DNA from: a virus
IMG/VR virus record: IMGVR_UViG_3300042549_007551
Coordinates: 1-64,000 of that record
DNA length: 64,000 nucleotides
Reading direction: 5' to 3' (one strand)
Below the pieces are notes generated by a model. The model was not told where the DNA came from, did no database searches, and saw only the letters and a program-made list of their open reading frames with translations. This document shows, piece by piece, positions 38,519 to 48,258 of the stretch. Every line of letters begins with the position of its first letter. Positions within the stretch are counted from its first letter, which is position 1. A program made the translations under genes and the position numbers.

Positions 38519-40513
38519 CTACTCTACGTTAGAGCCTTCGTCGTTGCCAGTACCCTTTGCGCCTAAAACATCTTCTTCAAGAGTATCTACAAATTTCTTT
38601 AAGTATTCAGCACGGATTGCTTTGAATTTTCCATCAACTGTATCAATTGGTGCGGCACCAAGAGCGTTGTTAGCAGCAGTGAGTAATTTTTTAAATACAA
38701 ACGCTTTAACTTCAGTTGAGTATTGTGCGGTTGCAAACACAGTACCATTAGGTTGTTTTAATTCAACCGTAATTGGGTGCAACACAACATCACCTTTTTT
38801 ATATTCGACACCAGATGTGTAAAACTTATAAGGATTTTGACCAGCGATGTTTGACGATCCAACTAAACCACCGCGGTTAACGCCATCAACACGTAACTTA
38901 CCTGCACCATCAACACCAATAGAGTTAAAGTTATTTTGTTCATACGCTTCAGCTTCAGTTAAGAAACTTGGGTCGTAGTTCTTATTGATAACTTTTTCAG
39001 TTAATGCAGCAAGTTCTGCGTAACGTGGGATTCCAAACGTAACAACAACAGCTTCAGGACGCTTAATTGCTAATCCAAAACCATCGACTTTAAATCCAAT
39101 AGATTGACGTTGATCGATAGGATCAGCAACACCTGAAGAACCTAAAGCTTTAATAATAATCTTAGGAGCATCTGAGACACCTTCCATGGTTAACTTCACT
39201 AACGCTTCCGCGCCAAATAAAATACCACGATGGACCGGTAATTGCATGAATTCACCGCTATCGATGTATCCATTAATTTTCGCTAAGTCACCAGATTCAC
39301 CAGCTGCCACAGGAGCATACGTCACAACGCCAGTAACCGCGTTAATCGTACGGGTTTGCTTTTTAAGAACCGCAGTGGCTGCTACTGCTTCAGCTGTTGC
39401 GGATAACATAACAGTTGCAACAACAGGAGGAGTCGCACCTGCGTCTGCTAACACTAAATTAGTAGCAAGCGTACCAGTAGGAATTTCCCACTTGATTAAT
39501 TCGTCAATAGCCGATCCATCTTTAAGATACGAAGTACCTGCAAGATTAGATTTAGCTTTAACGCCAGAGCTAACAACAAAGTCTTGATGAATGTCTAAGT
39601 ACCAAATTGTGCTAGTAGGGTTACCACTAACTGGAGCAATTGGTTCAACTGCGTATAAACGGATAACTTCAGTACCGTCTGCTTTTTCATAGACGCCTGG
39701 GAATTCAATGTCAGGATATGCAAATTCATCTAACATCGTTGGGATGAAGGATAATTCAAACATATCGAATTGTTGGCCCGTAGTCCAAAGTTTACCAGTA
39801 GTTAATTCAATTTCCATATATTGTTTCACACGTGGGTCATCAATTAAACCATTGATGAATTCTGGTGAACACACATAGTTGAACTTACCGCCGACAGGTT
39901 TAACCATCATGCGTTTCATACGTGATACTAAGAATCGAAGATCATCTAAACGGATTTCATCACCAAAATGTAATTGAGCAAAGCCTGTTTTAAAGCCAGC
40001 ATAAAATTCATTTGGGGTAGCTAACCAGGTCTTACGTGCATACAGTTCTTTGGTTTGGTTGGCAACTTCACCATATTGAACTGAACGTTCAGCAAGAACT
40101 TCGTTAACAATGCTTAAGTCTAGCTTGTCAGTATATTCTGACCAGCGACCAAACGAGAACACGTTACCAACTTCAATAGTTTCGTAAGCATGTTTGTCTG
40201 GTGAAGGTGGGATACCTTCTTTTAATGGAGTCAAGGTTGGAGTTAATCCAGCCCAACGACGGAAACGAGCAGTCGTGTCGCCTCTGCGAATCGTTAACGT
40301 TTCTGCAGCAGCTAAGTGTACGTAGTTTTCTTCCCCGTACTTGAGAGAGTCTAAAAGAATAGTGTTGTAAAAAATGTTGGGATCAAACCCAGCACGGTAC
40401 ACACCATCTTTGTCGTAAAGCATTCCAATGACGGTATTTACGTTTTGCAAATTATGCAAAGGTAGCAACGCGTCTTTTGAAAGCTTTATATTAGCGTCTG
40501 ATAAAATGGCCAT
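38519..40513 (-). CDS. Major capsid protein, N4-gp56-like family (664 aa, with insertions)
   Basis: FRRW..LTPLKEGIPP, FGRWSEYTD and GSSGVADPIDQRQSIGFK motifs. ATG 40513 follows AAGGAGG (ORF track starts at 40600). Confidence 0.85.
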   Translation of the reverse strand: MAILSDANIKLSKDALLPLHNLQNVNTVIGMLYDKDGVYRAGFDPNIFYNTILLDSLKYGEENYVHLAAAETLTIRRGDTTARFRRWAGLTPTLTPLKEGIPPSPDKHAYETIEVGNVFSFGRWSEYTDKLDLSIVNEVLAERSVQYGEVANQTKELYARKTWLATPNEFYAGFKTGFAQLHFGDEIRLDDLRFLVSRMKRMMVKPVGGKFNYVCSPEFINGLIDDPRVKQYMEIELTTGKLWTTGQQFDMFELSFIPTMLDEFAYPDIEFPGVYEKADGTEVIRLYAVEPIAPVSGNPTSTIWYLDIHQDFVVSSGVKAKSNLAGTSYLKDGSAIDELIKWEIPTGTLATNLVLADAGATPPVVATVMLSATAEAVAATAVLKKQTRTINAVTGVVTYAPVAAGESGDLAKINGYIDSGEFMQLPVHRGILFGAEALVKLTMEGVSDAPKIIIKALGSSGVADPIDQRQSIGFKVDGFGLAIKRPEAVVVTFGIPRYAELAALTEKVINKNYDPSFLTEAEAYEQNNFNSIGVDGAGKLRVDGVNRGGLVGSSNIAGQNPYKFYTSGVEYKKGDVVLHPITVELKQPNGTVFATAQYSTEVKAFVFKKLLTAANNALGAAPIDTVDGKFKAIRAEYLKKFVDTLEEDVLGAKGTGNDEGSNVE

Positions 40514-40729
40514 ATAAGCCTCCTTGTTTTTGTTAGAGCTCGCGTAACAACTTATCGTATGCAGATCCGCTTTTAATAAAAAACGCCAGAAGGATAGCAT
40601 TAAATAACATAACTTAAAATGGTTATATTACTTCACTACTCATTCTGGCGTAAGCATCCATGTATAAATTGCCGAGTTTTACACACTTCGATCTGGACAC
40701 TAAAGTAGTCCGCTACTATCTACGCATAT

Positions 40730-40738
40730 AATATAACA
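40730..40738 (-). promoter_or_regulatory. Extended -10 promoter (TGTTATATT) upstream of the MCP leader
   Basis: Similar TGnTAnnnT elements precede several late genes. Confidence 0.45.
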
Positions 40739-40841
40739 CGTAAATTTCTGTGTATAAAACAAAAACACCGTTTCTTTACAATTCACTCATAATGAAGTGC
40801 GATAGAATCGGTGTTTAAGATACAGATAATTTTACAATTAT

Positions 40842-40910
40842 CTATTTCTTTTTAGTTTTAGCTTTAGCACTCATTGCTTTTTTTGCCATAATCTTTTTAT
40901 TCATTGCCAT
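40842..40910 (-). CDS. Tiny Lys/Met-rich peptide (MAMNKKIMAKKAMSAKAKTKKK)
   Basis: Read manually; AGAAAGGA upstream. Confidence 0.5.
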   Translation of the reverse strand: MAMNKKIMAKKAMSAKAKTKKK

Positions 40911-40952
40911 ATTTAATCTCCGTCCTTTCTTTTTTAATATCGATATCACAGG

Positions 40953-41201
40953 TTATTTACTATTGGTTCTAAACTTTCTAACTTTACTTACTATCGACTT
41001 AGGTTGTGCAACAAATTGTTTGCCTGCACGATTACCTTGTGCCTTCGCACGATTAGTCGCTGCACGTTCTGATGCACTTAAAGCAGACCACGCTTTTTCA
41101 GGCAGGTATCTTAACCTACCTTCAGAAGGTTTACCGCTTGCAGTTTTCCAACGTTGTTCTGTCCAATGATCAAGTGAACGTTGTGATGCTTTCTTTGGCA
41201 T
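40953..41201 (-). CDS. Small basic phage protein (DUF5872-like C-terminal part)
   Basis: SLDHWTEQRWKT..RYLPEKAW..ATNRAK..GKQFV. Confidence 0.7.
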   Translation of the reverse strand: MPKKASQRSLDHWTEQRWKTASGKPSEGRLRYLPEKAWSALSASERAATNRAKAQGNRAGKQFVAQPKSIVSKVRKFRTNSK

Positions 41202-41202
41202 A

Positions 41203-41313
41203 TTAATACATGCCTTTAGACTTCATCATTTTACCCTTGCCCATTTTCTTAGGGGTCCAAGTACCTGATAAAGCTGTTCCTTTATTCTTAAACATCTTAG
41301 GTGCTTTCATCAT
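41203..41313 (-). CDS. Tiny Lys/Met-rich peptide (36 aa, MMKAPKMFKNKG...)
   Basis: Read manually; ATGA overlap with the upstream gene and GGAGG RBS. Confidence 0.55.
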   Translation of the reverse strand: MMKAPKMFKNKGTALSGTWTPKKMGKGKMMKSKGMY

Positions 41314-41483
41314 TTGTATCCTCCACCTTTCTTTTTATATTCACGAGCTAACAATTGTGCTTTACGTGCTGACCATTCACCAGGGTCACCACCTTTAGTA
41401 CCGCGTTTAATTTTATTAAATAAATTCTTACGCATCGTTGGCTTGGTGTAATTGCCAGCGGCGTTTACTTTTGATTTTACCAT
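41310..41483 (-). CDS. Small basic phage protein (57 aa, DUF5872-like N-terminal part)
   Basis: Read manually: NYTKPTMRKNLFNKIKRGTKGGDPGEWSARKAQLLAREYKKKGGGYK. Confidence 0.7.
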   Translation of the reverse strand: MVKSKVNAAGNYTKPTMRKNLFNKIKRGTKGGDPGEWSARKAQLLAREYKKKGGGYK

Positions 41484-41755
41484 TTGACTTTATCCGCCCA
41501 ATACGCTGCAGACATCTTACCTTTAGCAATATTACTTGCGTGTCTTGCTTTAAAGGCTTCTCGTCTTGCACGGTAGCTTGCAGACTCACCATCTTTTTTA
41601 GGTGATCCACTCACACCTTGTTGACCGAATCGAATGGTCTTAACATCATCTCCAGACTTTGCCACAACCACGTGTGACTTGCTAGGATGGTTTGGTGTAC
41701 GTTTAGGTTTGTTATAACCTGATACGCCAATACGATTAAGAATTGCTTTTGACAT
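41477..41755 (-). CDS. Small basic conserved phage protein
   Basis: KPKRTPNHPSKSHVV..IRFGQQG..FKARH..SAAYWADKVKW; AAGGAG RBS. Confidence 0.75.
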   Translation of the reverse strand: MSKAILNRIGVSGYNKPKRTPNHPSKSHVVVAKSGDDVKTIRFGQQGVSGSPKKDGESASYRARREAFKARHASNIAKGKMSAAYWADKVKW

Positions 41756-42056
41756 GTTCTTCTCCTTTTAATAATATATCACGTTTATATTTTAATAACA
41801 AATTTCTAAACCAAACTGCTATGATAATGTTAAGAATCCAGAACGGTGTAAAAGGCGCTAAAATAAAAGCGTATACTGCAGCAGCTGCAATATAACCGCG
41901 TTCATCTTGAAAAACAAATCCATATGCTAGTGGTAAAAACCACGGTAGTGACGTAATAATGTTAGCAAAAATCCAACTGATCCAACCTTCTTTAGTAAGT
42001 AGGATTTCTTTGACTGCTTTTTTTGCTTTGGTTAAAAAATTATTTTGGATTGCCAT
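41736..42056 (-). CDS. Small membrane protein
   Basis: Two to three hydrophobic segments. ATG 42056 preferred over the ORF-track start at 42131. Confidence 0.65.
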   Translation of the reverse strand: MAIQNNFLTKAKKAVKEILLTKEGWISWIFANIITSLPWFLPLAYGFVFQDERGYIAAAAVYAFILAPFTPFWILNIIIAVWFRNLLLKYKRDILLKGEEHVKSNS

Positions 42057-42183
42057 TGTTAAAATATTCTTCTGCTTCTGCAAACGTTTCAAATTCATAC
42101 TCTTCATTTTCATACATTGATGAAGGTTCAATACTCATTCCAATATATACACCGTTGTGTTTGTAAAAATAAAATTTTTGCAT
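42040..42183 (-). CDS. Small acidic protein (47 aa), possible tail-fibre chaperone
   Basis: Read manually (MQKFYFYKHNGVYIG...); begins 1 nt after the tail-fibre stop. Confidence 0.5.
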   Translation of the reverse strand: MQKFYFYKHNGVYIGMSIEPSSMYENEEYEFETFAEAEEYFNNGNPK

Positions 42184-42184
42184 A

Positions 42185-45100
42185 TTAATATCCAAACCAT
42201 CTAAATGCTAGACTGGCTCCTGTAAAGTTGTGTCTAAAAGACATTGTAGTTCCACTAAAGAAAATATCAATGTTCATTACTTGTGTGTTAGTTCCATTCG
42301 ACCAAGCAACACGATGTTGTTTGCCAGGCGTTGCAGTTCCAATACTTTGAGCTGATGTAATGGTTAATGGTATACGAGCAATGACTGAACCTGTTGTTGA
42401 GTCTTGATGAATGTATAACCAAAAGTCGCGCATACCACTTGTAAATGTAATCGTTGTAAAACTTGTCGAGTTAGCGATAGCAGAACTTACTCCTATTTCT
42501 CTTTGATGAGTTCCATAATAAACTGCTCGTTCTAATGTAGGCACAACACTTGAAGATGATAATTGACCTAAATCTGTAAGGTCTTTAGGAGCAACGGTTG
42601 TAACTGCTCCAGTTCCAGCACCTACTAAAAGACTTCCTGAAGTTAACGAAGTAGTGCCAGTTCCACCTCTATTAACGGCAATCGTTGAAGCAGTCCATGT
42701 ACCTGTAGTAACAGTACCTAATGTTGTAATACTTGTAGAACCTGCTGTTGGAGCAGCTCCGACCATTGCTGCAGTGATACCACTAACAGTACCAGTAAAT
42801 GTAGGAGATGCAAACATTGTAGCTTTAGATTCATTTGTAACATTACCGAGCCCTACCATTGCTGCAGTAACACCTGAAACAGTTCCTGTAAATGTAGGAC
42901 TACTAAACATCGTTGCTTTAGATTCGTTTGTTACGTTAGCTAATCCAACATCAGTAGCAGTAGGTTTATTACCTTCATGGTAAATAGGATAATATGTATC
43001 ACTAATGTAATCTCTGACTGCACTTAATTTATCATTATAATCTGAAATACCCCAAGAACCGGCAGTATCACTACCACCACTTGACGGGTTTGCAATAAAC
43101 CTTGGTGCGTAAATATCTCCTGTAACTGTGCCACCTGTTAATGGAAGTTTAGTAGCATCAGCTGGTGTAGCCCAACTTCCGTTACCACTTAAAAAGGTGG
43201 TTGCACTTGGAGTACCTGACGCAGCGATGTCTGCAATTTCCACACCGAAAATATGCATTCTTGTTAAGATAATACCTTCAGTTGCATTAACTTTGGTCAC
43301 TGCGCCTACTTGTATTTTTGCATTGGTTCCGGTTGGTTCGGTCGCCGTTAAAGCGCCTGCTGTTGATCCTGCACTTGCAAACCAAAGAATATTACCTGCT
43401 GTATATGTAGATGTATTAACGTTAATTAATTCACCTTGTGTTAGAACATAACCGAAGTCATTCGTCGCAAGTGTTGCTTCTGCTAAACCAATAAAGTAAT
43501 CTGGGTTCGTATTGATTTCACTTGGCACCGCTGCTTTTATTAAGATATGGTCGCCTTGAACACCGGCAAATTGTACGGCTTGTCCTTTGGTAATTGCTGA
43601 TTGTGCTTTACCATAAATGTATAAATACTTTAATTGTTCTTTGACTGCACTTGTTAATAAGAATGCCGAAGCATGATTGCCATCAAGTAAATCAGCGTTT
43701 AAATTTGTAACGGCTGTCGTCGATGCGACCGTTAATGGAGCGGTACCTGTGGCTTGTGTGGAAATAAATGTGGTGGCTTTGGTATTGCCAACAACTTCTA
43801 ATTTTTCAGATGGTGTTCTTGTTGCAATACCAACGTTACTTCCGTCAGGTTGTAAAGCAAGATTTTTATACGATACGCCATCTTGAACAACTTGAATTGT
43901 TCCCATATCGTTGCCGTCTTCAAAATCAACCCAAAGACGTTTAGTTTCAGCATCTCCCATTACGTTTAATTGACCTGTAATTCTTGTGCCACCTGCAACG
44001 TGTAGTTTAACGGCAGGAGCAGTCGTTCCAATACCGACGTTTCCGTTACCAAGAATATGCATTCTTTCAAGATTATTTGTTCCAAAACTAATTGGTTCAT
44101 TATTATATGTGTATATAAAGTTTTTTCCAACAGCATCATTCCATCGTCCAATAATTAAACCCGCCGCAGCACCAGATCCAGTTGTGTTATTAGTAAAATG
44201 AATTGCCGAAGCATTTGTATCAGGTGAATGAATATGAATAAATTTACCTGTTGAATTTAAAACTGGACTTGTAGTTCCTACACCAATTGTATTACTTACA
44301 TTTAAAGTACCAGTAATGTTTCCACCTGTTAAAGGTACATAGTTAGCAAACCGTGGATCACTACTATTGATTACAGAAAAAGTAAATTGTTGATCGTTAC
44401 CATCTCCTGCAACATCACTGTATTTTGTAAACACAATCATATCGCCTGCTTCTAAAGTAACTGGTGATGTTGAGTCGCCTTCATCTCCTGGAGTTAATAC
44501 GTGATATTGAAAAGTTGGTCCTAGTGTGGTTTGATCAGTCCAAGTTAAAGTTACTTCTGCTGCAGCTGTCCACATGTAACCGTACATGTTTTCATAATCG
44601 CCACCCGATAAAGCTACTAACTGTGCAACTAAACCAGTAGAAGCTGCGCTTAATGAAACAGCACCGCTAATAGTACCTACTAAATAAAAACCACGGCCTG
44701 CACCTGTAATAAAATCAGGTAAGTTTGCAACAGGAACTTTGCTAGTTGCATCAAGCGGAGCAACTCCGTTTGCTGCGTTACGTGCTGAAGTATTTATTTT
44801 TGCATCTAAACTTGTTTGTAAATTAGTTACATCTGCAATAGCATGTGTATGTGCATTAGGTGCAGCTGTAACTGTAATGTTAGCAGAACCATTAAAACTA
44901 ACACCATTAATTGTTCTTGCTGTTTGTAATGTTGTAGCAGTAGCAGCATTTCCTGTAGTACTATCTGAAACTCTAGCACTATCTACTCTAACACCATAAG
45001 TGTTTAGACCATTCCAACCCATTAATGTAGGATATGTAGCTGACCAAAATACGTCTGGGTTTGTGTTATTTTTAGCTGTACCACCAGGAGCTGTGCCATT

Positions 45101-46432
45101 AGAAGCATCAAATATAGTATGACCGTTACCGTAGTTTTTCCAAGCAAGTTCACCTATTACATTACCAATTACTGAAGTACTATTGTTCCAGTCACTTCTT
45201 GTTCTTGCTGAAACAAATGCTGTAGAGTGAAGTCCATCTAGTAAGTCAGCATTTAAATTTGCAACTGCAGTAGTAGACGTAACAGCTAACGGTGATGTGC
45301 CTGTAGCAATAGTAGATATTAAACGAGTCCCTTGCACAGTTCCTGGGAAAAATGCATTTTGTGACATATCAAAAGAATATAAATCATTAGTACCTGCTAG
45401 TGTTGAAGGAACTTGCCAAGCATTTTCACCAAAAATTCTAATACCCTCTACTTGAGCAGTACTAGGATAATTAGTATCTTTTGTAGTCATGATAAAAGTT
45501 AAACGTAATTGCCAGTTATTTCCTGTTTGTGTTGTACCACCACCAAGAGTTCCTAATACTAAAGGTATGTCATTCCAGCCTGACCATCCACTTAATGAAT
45601 ATGTTCCAACTGTAGACCATGCTCCACTTGATTGAAAGTTAACACCTGTTCTAGTTTCAACTAAAACATTCATACCACCACTGGATGCAATGTTAATTAA
45701 CATCTTTCTTGGGTTTGTGTAAACATATCCAGTGGTTCCATTTTGAGCAGTTAATGTGACTCTAGTTCTACTTGTAGTAAAGTATTCACCACTTATTCTA
45801 CCGACTGTAACTGACATCGCAGTAGTACACCATTGTGATTTTTGTGTAGCATTATAGTTATAATTAGTCCAAGTTGTACCACTGTCAGCAGAATATTCAA
45901 AATCTAATCCAGCACCATTAATAAAAGCAATTCTATTAGCACTAAGTTCATTTGAAAGTGACATACCAATAGGTGTAACTTGTCCACTAAGATGTTTACC
46001 ACCCCATGTTAAATAAGATTCACTTACTCCAGTGATAGGAATAGTTATATTTGCTGATCCATTAAATGATGTAGCCGTTCCAACTGCACCTGTTCCAATA
46101 CCAATAGTTCTTCCAGTAGTTAATATATCAGCAGTTCCAGCAGTAGTTACATTTAAATTACTTACTCTAGTTGTAGAAGCAACAACAAAAGGAGCAGTTC
46201 CTGTTGCTACTGTTGATGTTAGTTGTCCACTCATCGTATCGCCGGTAATGTTTACATAATTATCTACACCAGCAGGCACCGCCCACTGTCCATCTCCACG
46301 AAGAAAAGTAGTACCACTTGGAGTACCACTTGCTGCGATCTGACCTACACTTGTTTTAGGGTATAGCTCTTCAAACGCACCCAGCCCTCCGTTAAGAGTT
46401 GGGTTCCAACGTTTAAGAATTGTGTTTGGCAT
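42185..46432 (-). CDS. Long tail fibre protein (1,415 aa)
   Basis: Thr/Gly/Ala-rich; NLNADLLDG, GNVGIGTTAP, VGLGNVTNESKATMF and ARTINGVSFNGSANI fibre motifs. Confidence 0.85.
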   Translation of the reverse strand: MPNTILKRWNPTLNGGLGAFEELYPKTSVGQIAASGTPSGTTFLRGDGQWAVPAGVDNYVNITGDTMSGQLTSTVATGTAPFVVASTTRVSNLNVTTAGTADILTTGRTIGIGTGAVGTATSFNGSANITIPITGVSESYLTWGGKHLSGQVTPIGMSLSNELSANRIAFINGAGLDFEYSADSGTTWTNYNYNATQKSQWCTTAMSVTVGRISGEYFTTSRTRVTLTAQNGTTGYVYTNPRKMLINIASSGGMNVLVETRTGVNFQSSGAWSTVGTYSLSGWSGWNDIPLVLGTLGGGTTQTGNNWQLRLTFIMTTKDTNYPSTAQVEGIRIFGENAWQVPSTLAGTNDLYSFDMSQNAFFPGTVQGTRLISTIATGTSPLAVTSTTAVANLNADLLDGLHSTAFVSARTRSDWNNSTSVIGNVIGELAWKNYGNGHTIFDASNGTAPGGTAKNNTNPDVFWSATYPTLMGWNGLNTYGVRVDSARVSDSTTGNAATATTLQTARTINGVSFNGSANITVTAAPNAHTHAIADVTNLQTSLDAKINTSARNAANGVAPLDATSKVPVANLPDFITGAGRGFYLVGTISGAVSLSAASTGLVAQLVALSGGDYENMYGYMWTAAAEVTLTWTDQTTLGPTFQYHVLTPGDEGDSTSPVTLEAGDMIVFTKYSDVAGDGNDQQFTFSVINSSDPRFANYVPLTGGNITGTLNVSNTIGVGTTSPVLNSTGKFIHIHSPDTNASAIHFTNNTTGSGAAAGLIIGRWNDAVGKNFIYTYNNEPISFGTNNLERMHILGNGNVGIGTTAPAVKLHVAGGTRITGQLNVMGDAETKRLWVDFEDGNDMGTIQVVQDGVSYKNLALQPDGSNVGIATRTPSEKLEVVGNTKATTFISTQATGTAPLTVASTTAVTNLNADLLDGNHASAFLLTSAVKEQLKYLYIYGKAQSAITKGQAVQFAGVQGDHILIKAAVPSEINTNPDYFIGLAEATLATNDFGYVLTQGELINVNTSTYTAGNILWFASAGSTAGALTATEPTGTNAKIQVGAVTKVNATEGIILTRMHIFGVEIADIAASGTPSATTFLSGNGSWATPADATKLPLTGGTVTGDIYAPRFIANPSSGGSDTAGSWGISDYNDKLSAVRDYISDTYYPIYHEGNKPTATDVGLANVTNESKATMFSSPTFTGTVSGVTAAMVGLGNVTNESKATMFASPTFTGTVSGITAAMVGAAPTAGSTSITTLGTVTTGTWTASTIAVNRGGTGTTSLTSGSLLVGAGTGAVTTVAPKDLTDLGQLSSSSVVPTLERAVYYGTHQREIGVSSAIANSTSFTTITFTSGMRDFWLYIHQDSTTGSVIARIPLTITSAQSIGTATPGKQHRVAWSNGTNTQVMNIDIFFSGTTMSFRHNFTGASLAFRWFGY

Positions 46433-46449
46433 GGTTTTATACCAGCCTA

Positions 46450-48258
46450 TTAGTTAATGTCGAACCAGACCGTACCTGCTAAAGGAGTAGTTGGAGTTGC
46501 TGTTTGAATAAATAATGGGTGGTTCATTCTAAATGCATCTGAAGCCATTGTTAAACCACCTAAAGCAGTTGCTGTATAAGTTGTGTTATTGTCAGTACCC
46601 CATTCAACAGCAGTTGCACCAGAGTTTATTTTTAAAACTTGACCAGCTGTGCCTTTAGCTAAACGAATATTATTTGTACCATTATGAGTTAATAAGTCTC
46701 CTCCAGCTGATAATGGTGAAAGCGCATCAAAACTTAAAAGTTTAGTAGTTTGTCCCGTACCACCATTAGCAAGAGCAACAGTTCCTGTTACGTTAGCGGC
46801 AGTTCCTGTAGTGTTTTGATTTAAAGTGGGAATGTCACCTGCAGCAAGAGCGCCCCATGCAGGAGCAGCAGATGCACTACCTGTACCTGTTTGACTTAAG
46901 AATTGTTTAGTAGCGCTTGTATTACCTGCAAGTTTTACGTTACTACCTAAAGCTCCACCATAAATAATATCACCTAAACTATCTATTGGTGATAAAGCAT
47001 TAAAAGCATTAGTTTTAGTAGCAAATCCAGTACCACCATTCGCGAGTGCGACTACGCCTGTTACGTTTGCAGCAGTACCAGTTGTGTTTTGGTTAAGCGT
47101 TGGAACATCAGCAGCTTGAATTCCCGACATTAAAATATTAGATCCATTACCTCTTAAATAACTTCCTGCAGTAACCGACCCTGCAAGAGCATTAATAGCA
47201 GTTTGAGCAGTTGTAGCACCTGTACCACCGTTTGCGATTGCAACTACACCTGTTACGTTAGCTGCAGTACCAGTTGTGTTTTGGTTAAGTGTTGGGATGT
47301 CTCCGGCAGCTAAAGTTTTAGATGAAACAGATGTTACGTGTCCTAAACTATTAACAGTAATTGCAGAAAGAACAAGACCTGTTGCAGCTGTAATAGTACT
47401 ATTAGCCCCATCTGTTGGGTGAGCATAAGTTCCGGTAGGAGTTCCCCAAGTTCCAGCACCTGTTAAATATTTAACGTTATCAGTAGCAGCTGGTGTTGGA
47501 ACAAGACCAGCCGTACCGGGATTAGTACCGTTAGCACCAGTCATTAATTCATAAGTATTATTAACAGTTGCAAAAACAAAACTATAAGGTGATCCAACTG
47601 TACCAGCTCCCGTAATATTAGTAAGAATAAACCAATCGCCAGTTTCAATATTTACAGTTAATTGTGATCCTGGGGAACGTTCTTCACCTGGGTTAATACC
47701 ACTTGTAGTAGCATATACTCCACCTACGTCTATTGCTCCAGTTCCACTGGTAATAGTAACTGCAGTTGTTGTTACCCAATAATAACCAATAGCACTACGA
47801 CCAGCACTTGCAGCGTTAGCAACAGCAGCAAGACCAAGGTTTCTAATGTCACTATTTGCACCTACTGTAGCAAAAAAACGCAAACTATCAAAAACAGAGT
47901 TAGGTAAATACGCAGGTTTAATTTTAAGTGTATTTCCTGAACCTTCAAAAACACTAACAGGAGTATGTGCAGTTACATCTACTACTAAATCAGTAGCATT
48001 AGTTTTAGCACTTTCTTTTACAAACCCATCTGTAAATGTTAAAGACACACCTGTTCCATTAGCAGTAGCATTATTATTCATTGTTAAATCTGTGCTATTA
48101 GTAATACTAACTACAACAGTTCCAGTAGGAATACCTGTACCTGAAATAACTGCACCTTGTTTAATGCTTGCTGTAGCCCCAACAGTTAAGTTAGGTGTTC
48201 CTGAAGTAGTGTTAAATGCTTGTACAACACTACCTGTCGTCCAACGTTTAATAATCAT
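46450..48258 (-). CDS. Tail fibre protein (602 aa) with three DIPTLNQNTTGTAANVTGxVAxANGGTG repeats
   Basis: Repeats and composition. Confidence 0.8.
   Translation of the reverse strand: MIIKRWTTGSVVQAFNTTSGTPNLTVGATASIKQGAVISGTGIPTGTVVVSITNSTDLTMNNNATANGTGVSLTFTDGFVKESAKTNATDLVVDVTAHTPVSVFEGSGNTLKIKPAYLPNSVFDSLRFFATVGANSDIRNLGLAAVANAASAGRSAIGYYWVTTTAVTITSGTGAIDVGGVYATTSGINPGEERSPGSQLTVNIETGDWFILTNITGAGTVGSPYSFVFATVNNTYELMTGANGTNPGTAGLVPTPAATDNVKYLTGAGTWGTPTGTYAHPTDGANSTITAATGLVLSAITVNSLGHVTSVSSKTLAAGDIPTLNQNTTGTAANVTGVVAIANGGTGATTAQTAINALAGSVTAGSYLRGNGSNILMSGIQAADVPTLNQNTTGTAANVTGVVALANGGTGFATKTNAFNALSPIDSLGDIIYGGALGSNVKLAGNTSATKQFLSQTGTGSASAAPAWGALAAGDIPTLNQNTTGTAANVTGTVALANGGTGQTTKLLSFDALSPLSAGGDLLTHNGTNNIRLAKGTAGQVLKINSGATAVEWGTDNNTTYTATALGGLTMASDAFRMNHPLFIQTATPTTPLAGTVWFDIN

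Noticed and set aside
41428-41610. 60-aa ORF from the track
   Set aside because: It overlaps the better-supported 92-aa and 57-aa genes in another frame.
46770-47300. CRISPR array or DGR template/variable repeats
   Set aside because: The repeats are in-frame protein repeats with mainly synonymous differences; there is no reverse transcriptase or cas operon.
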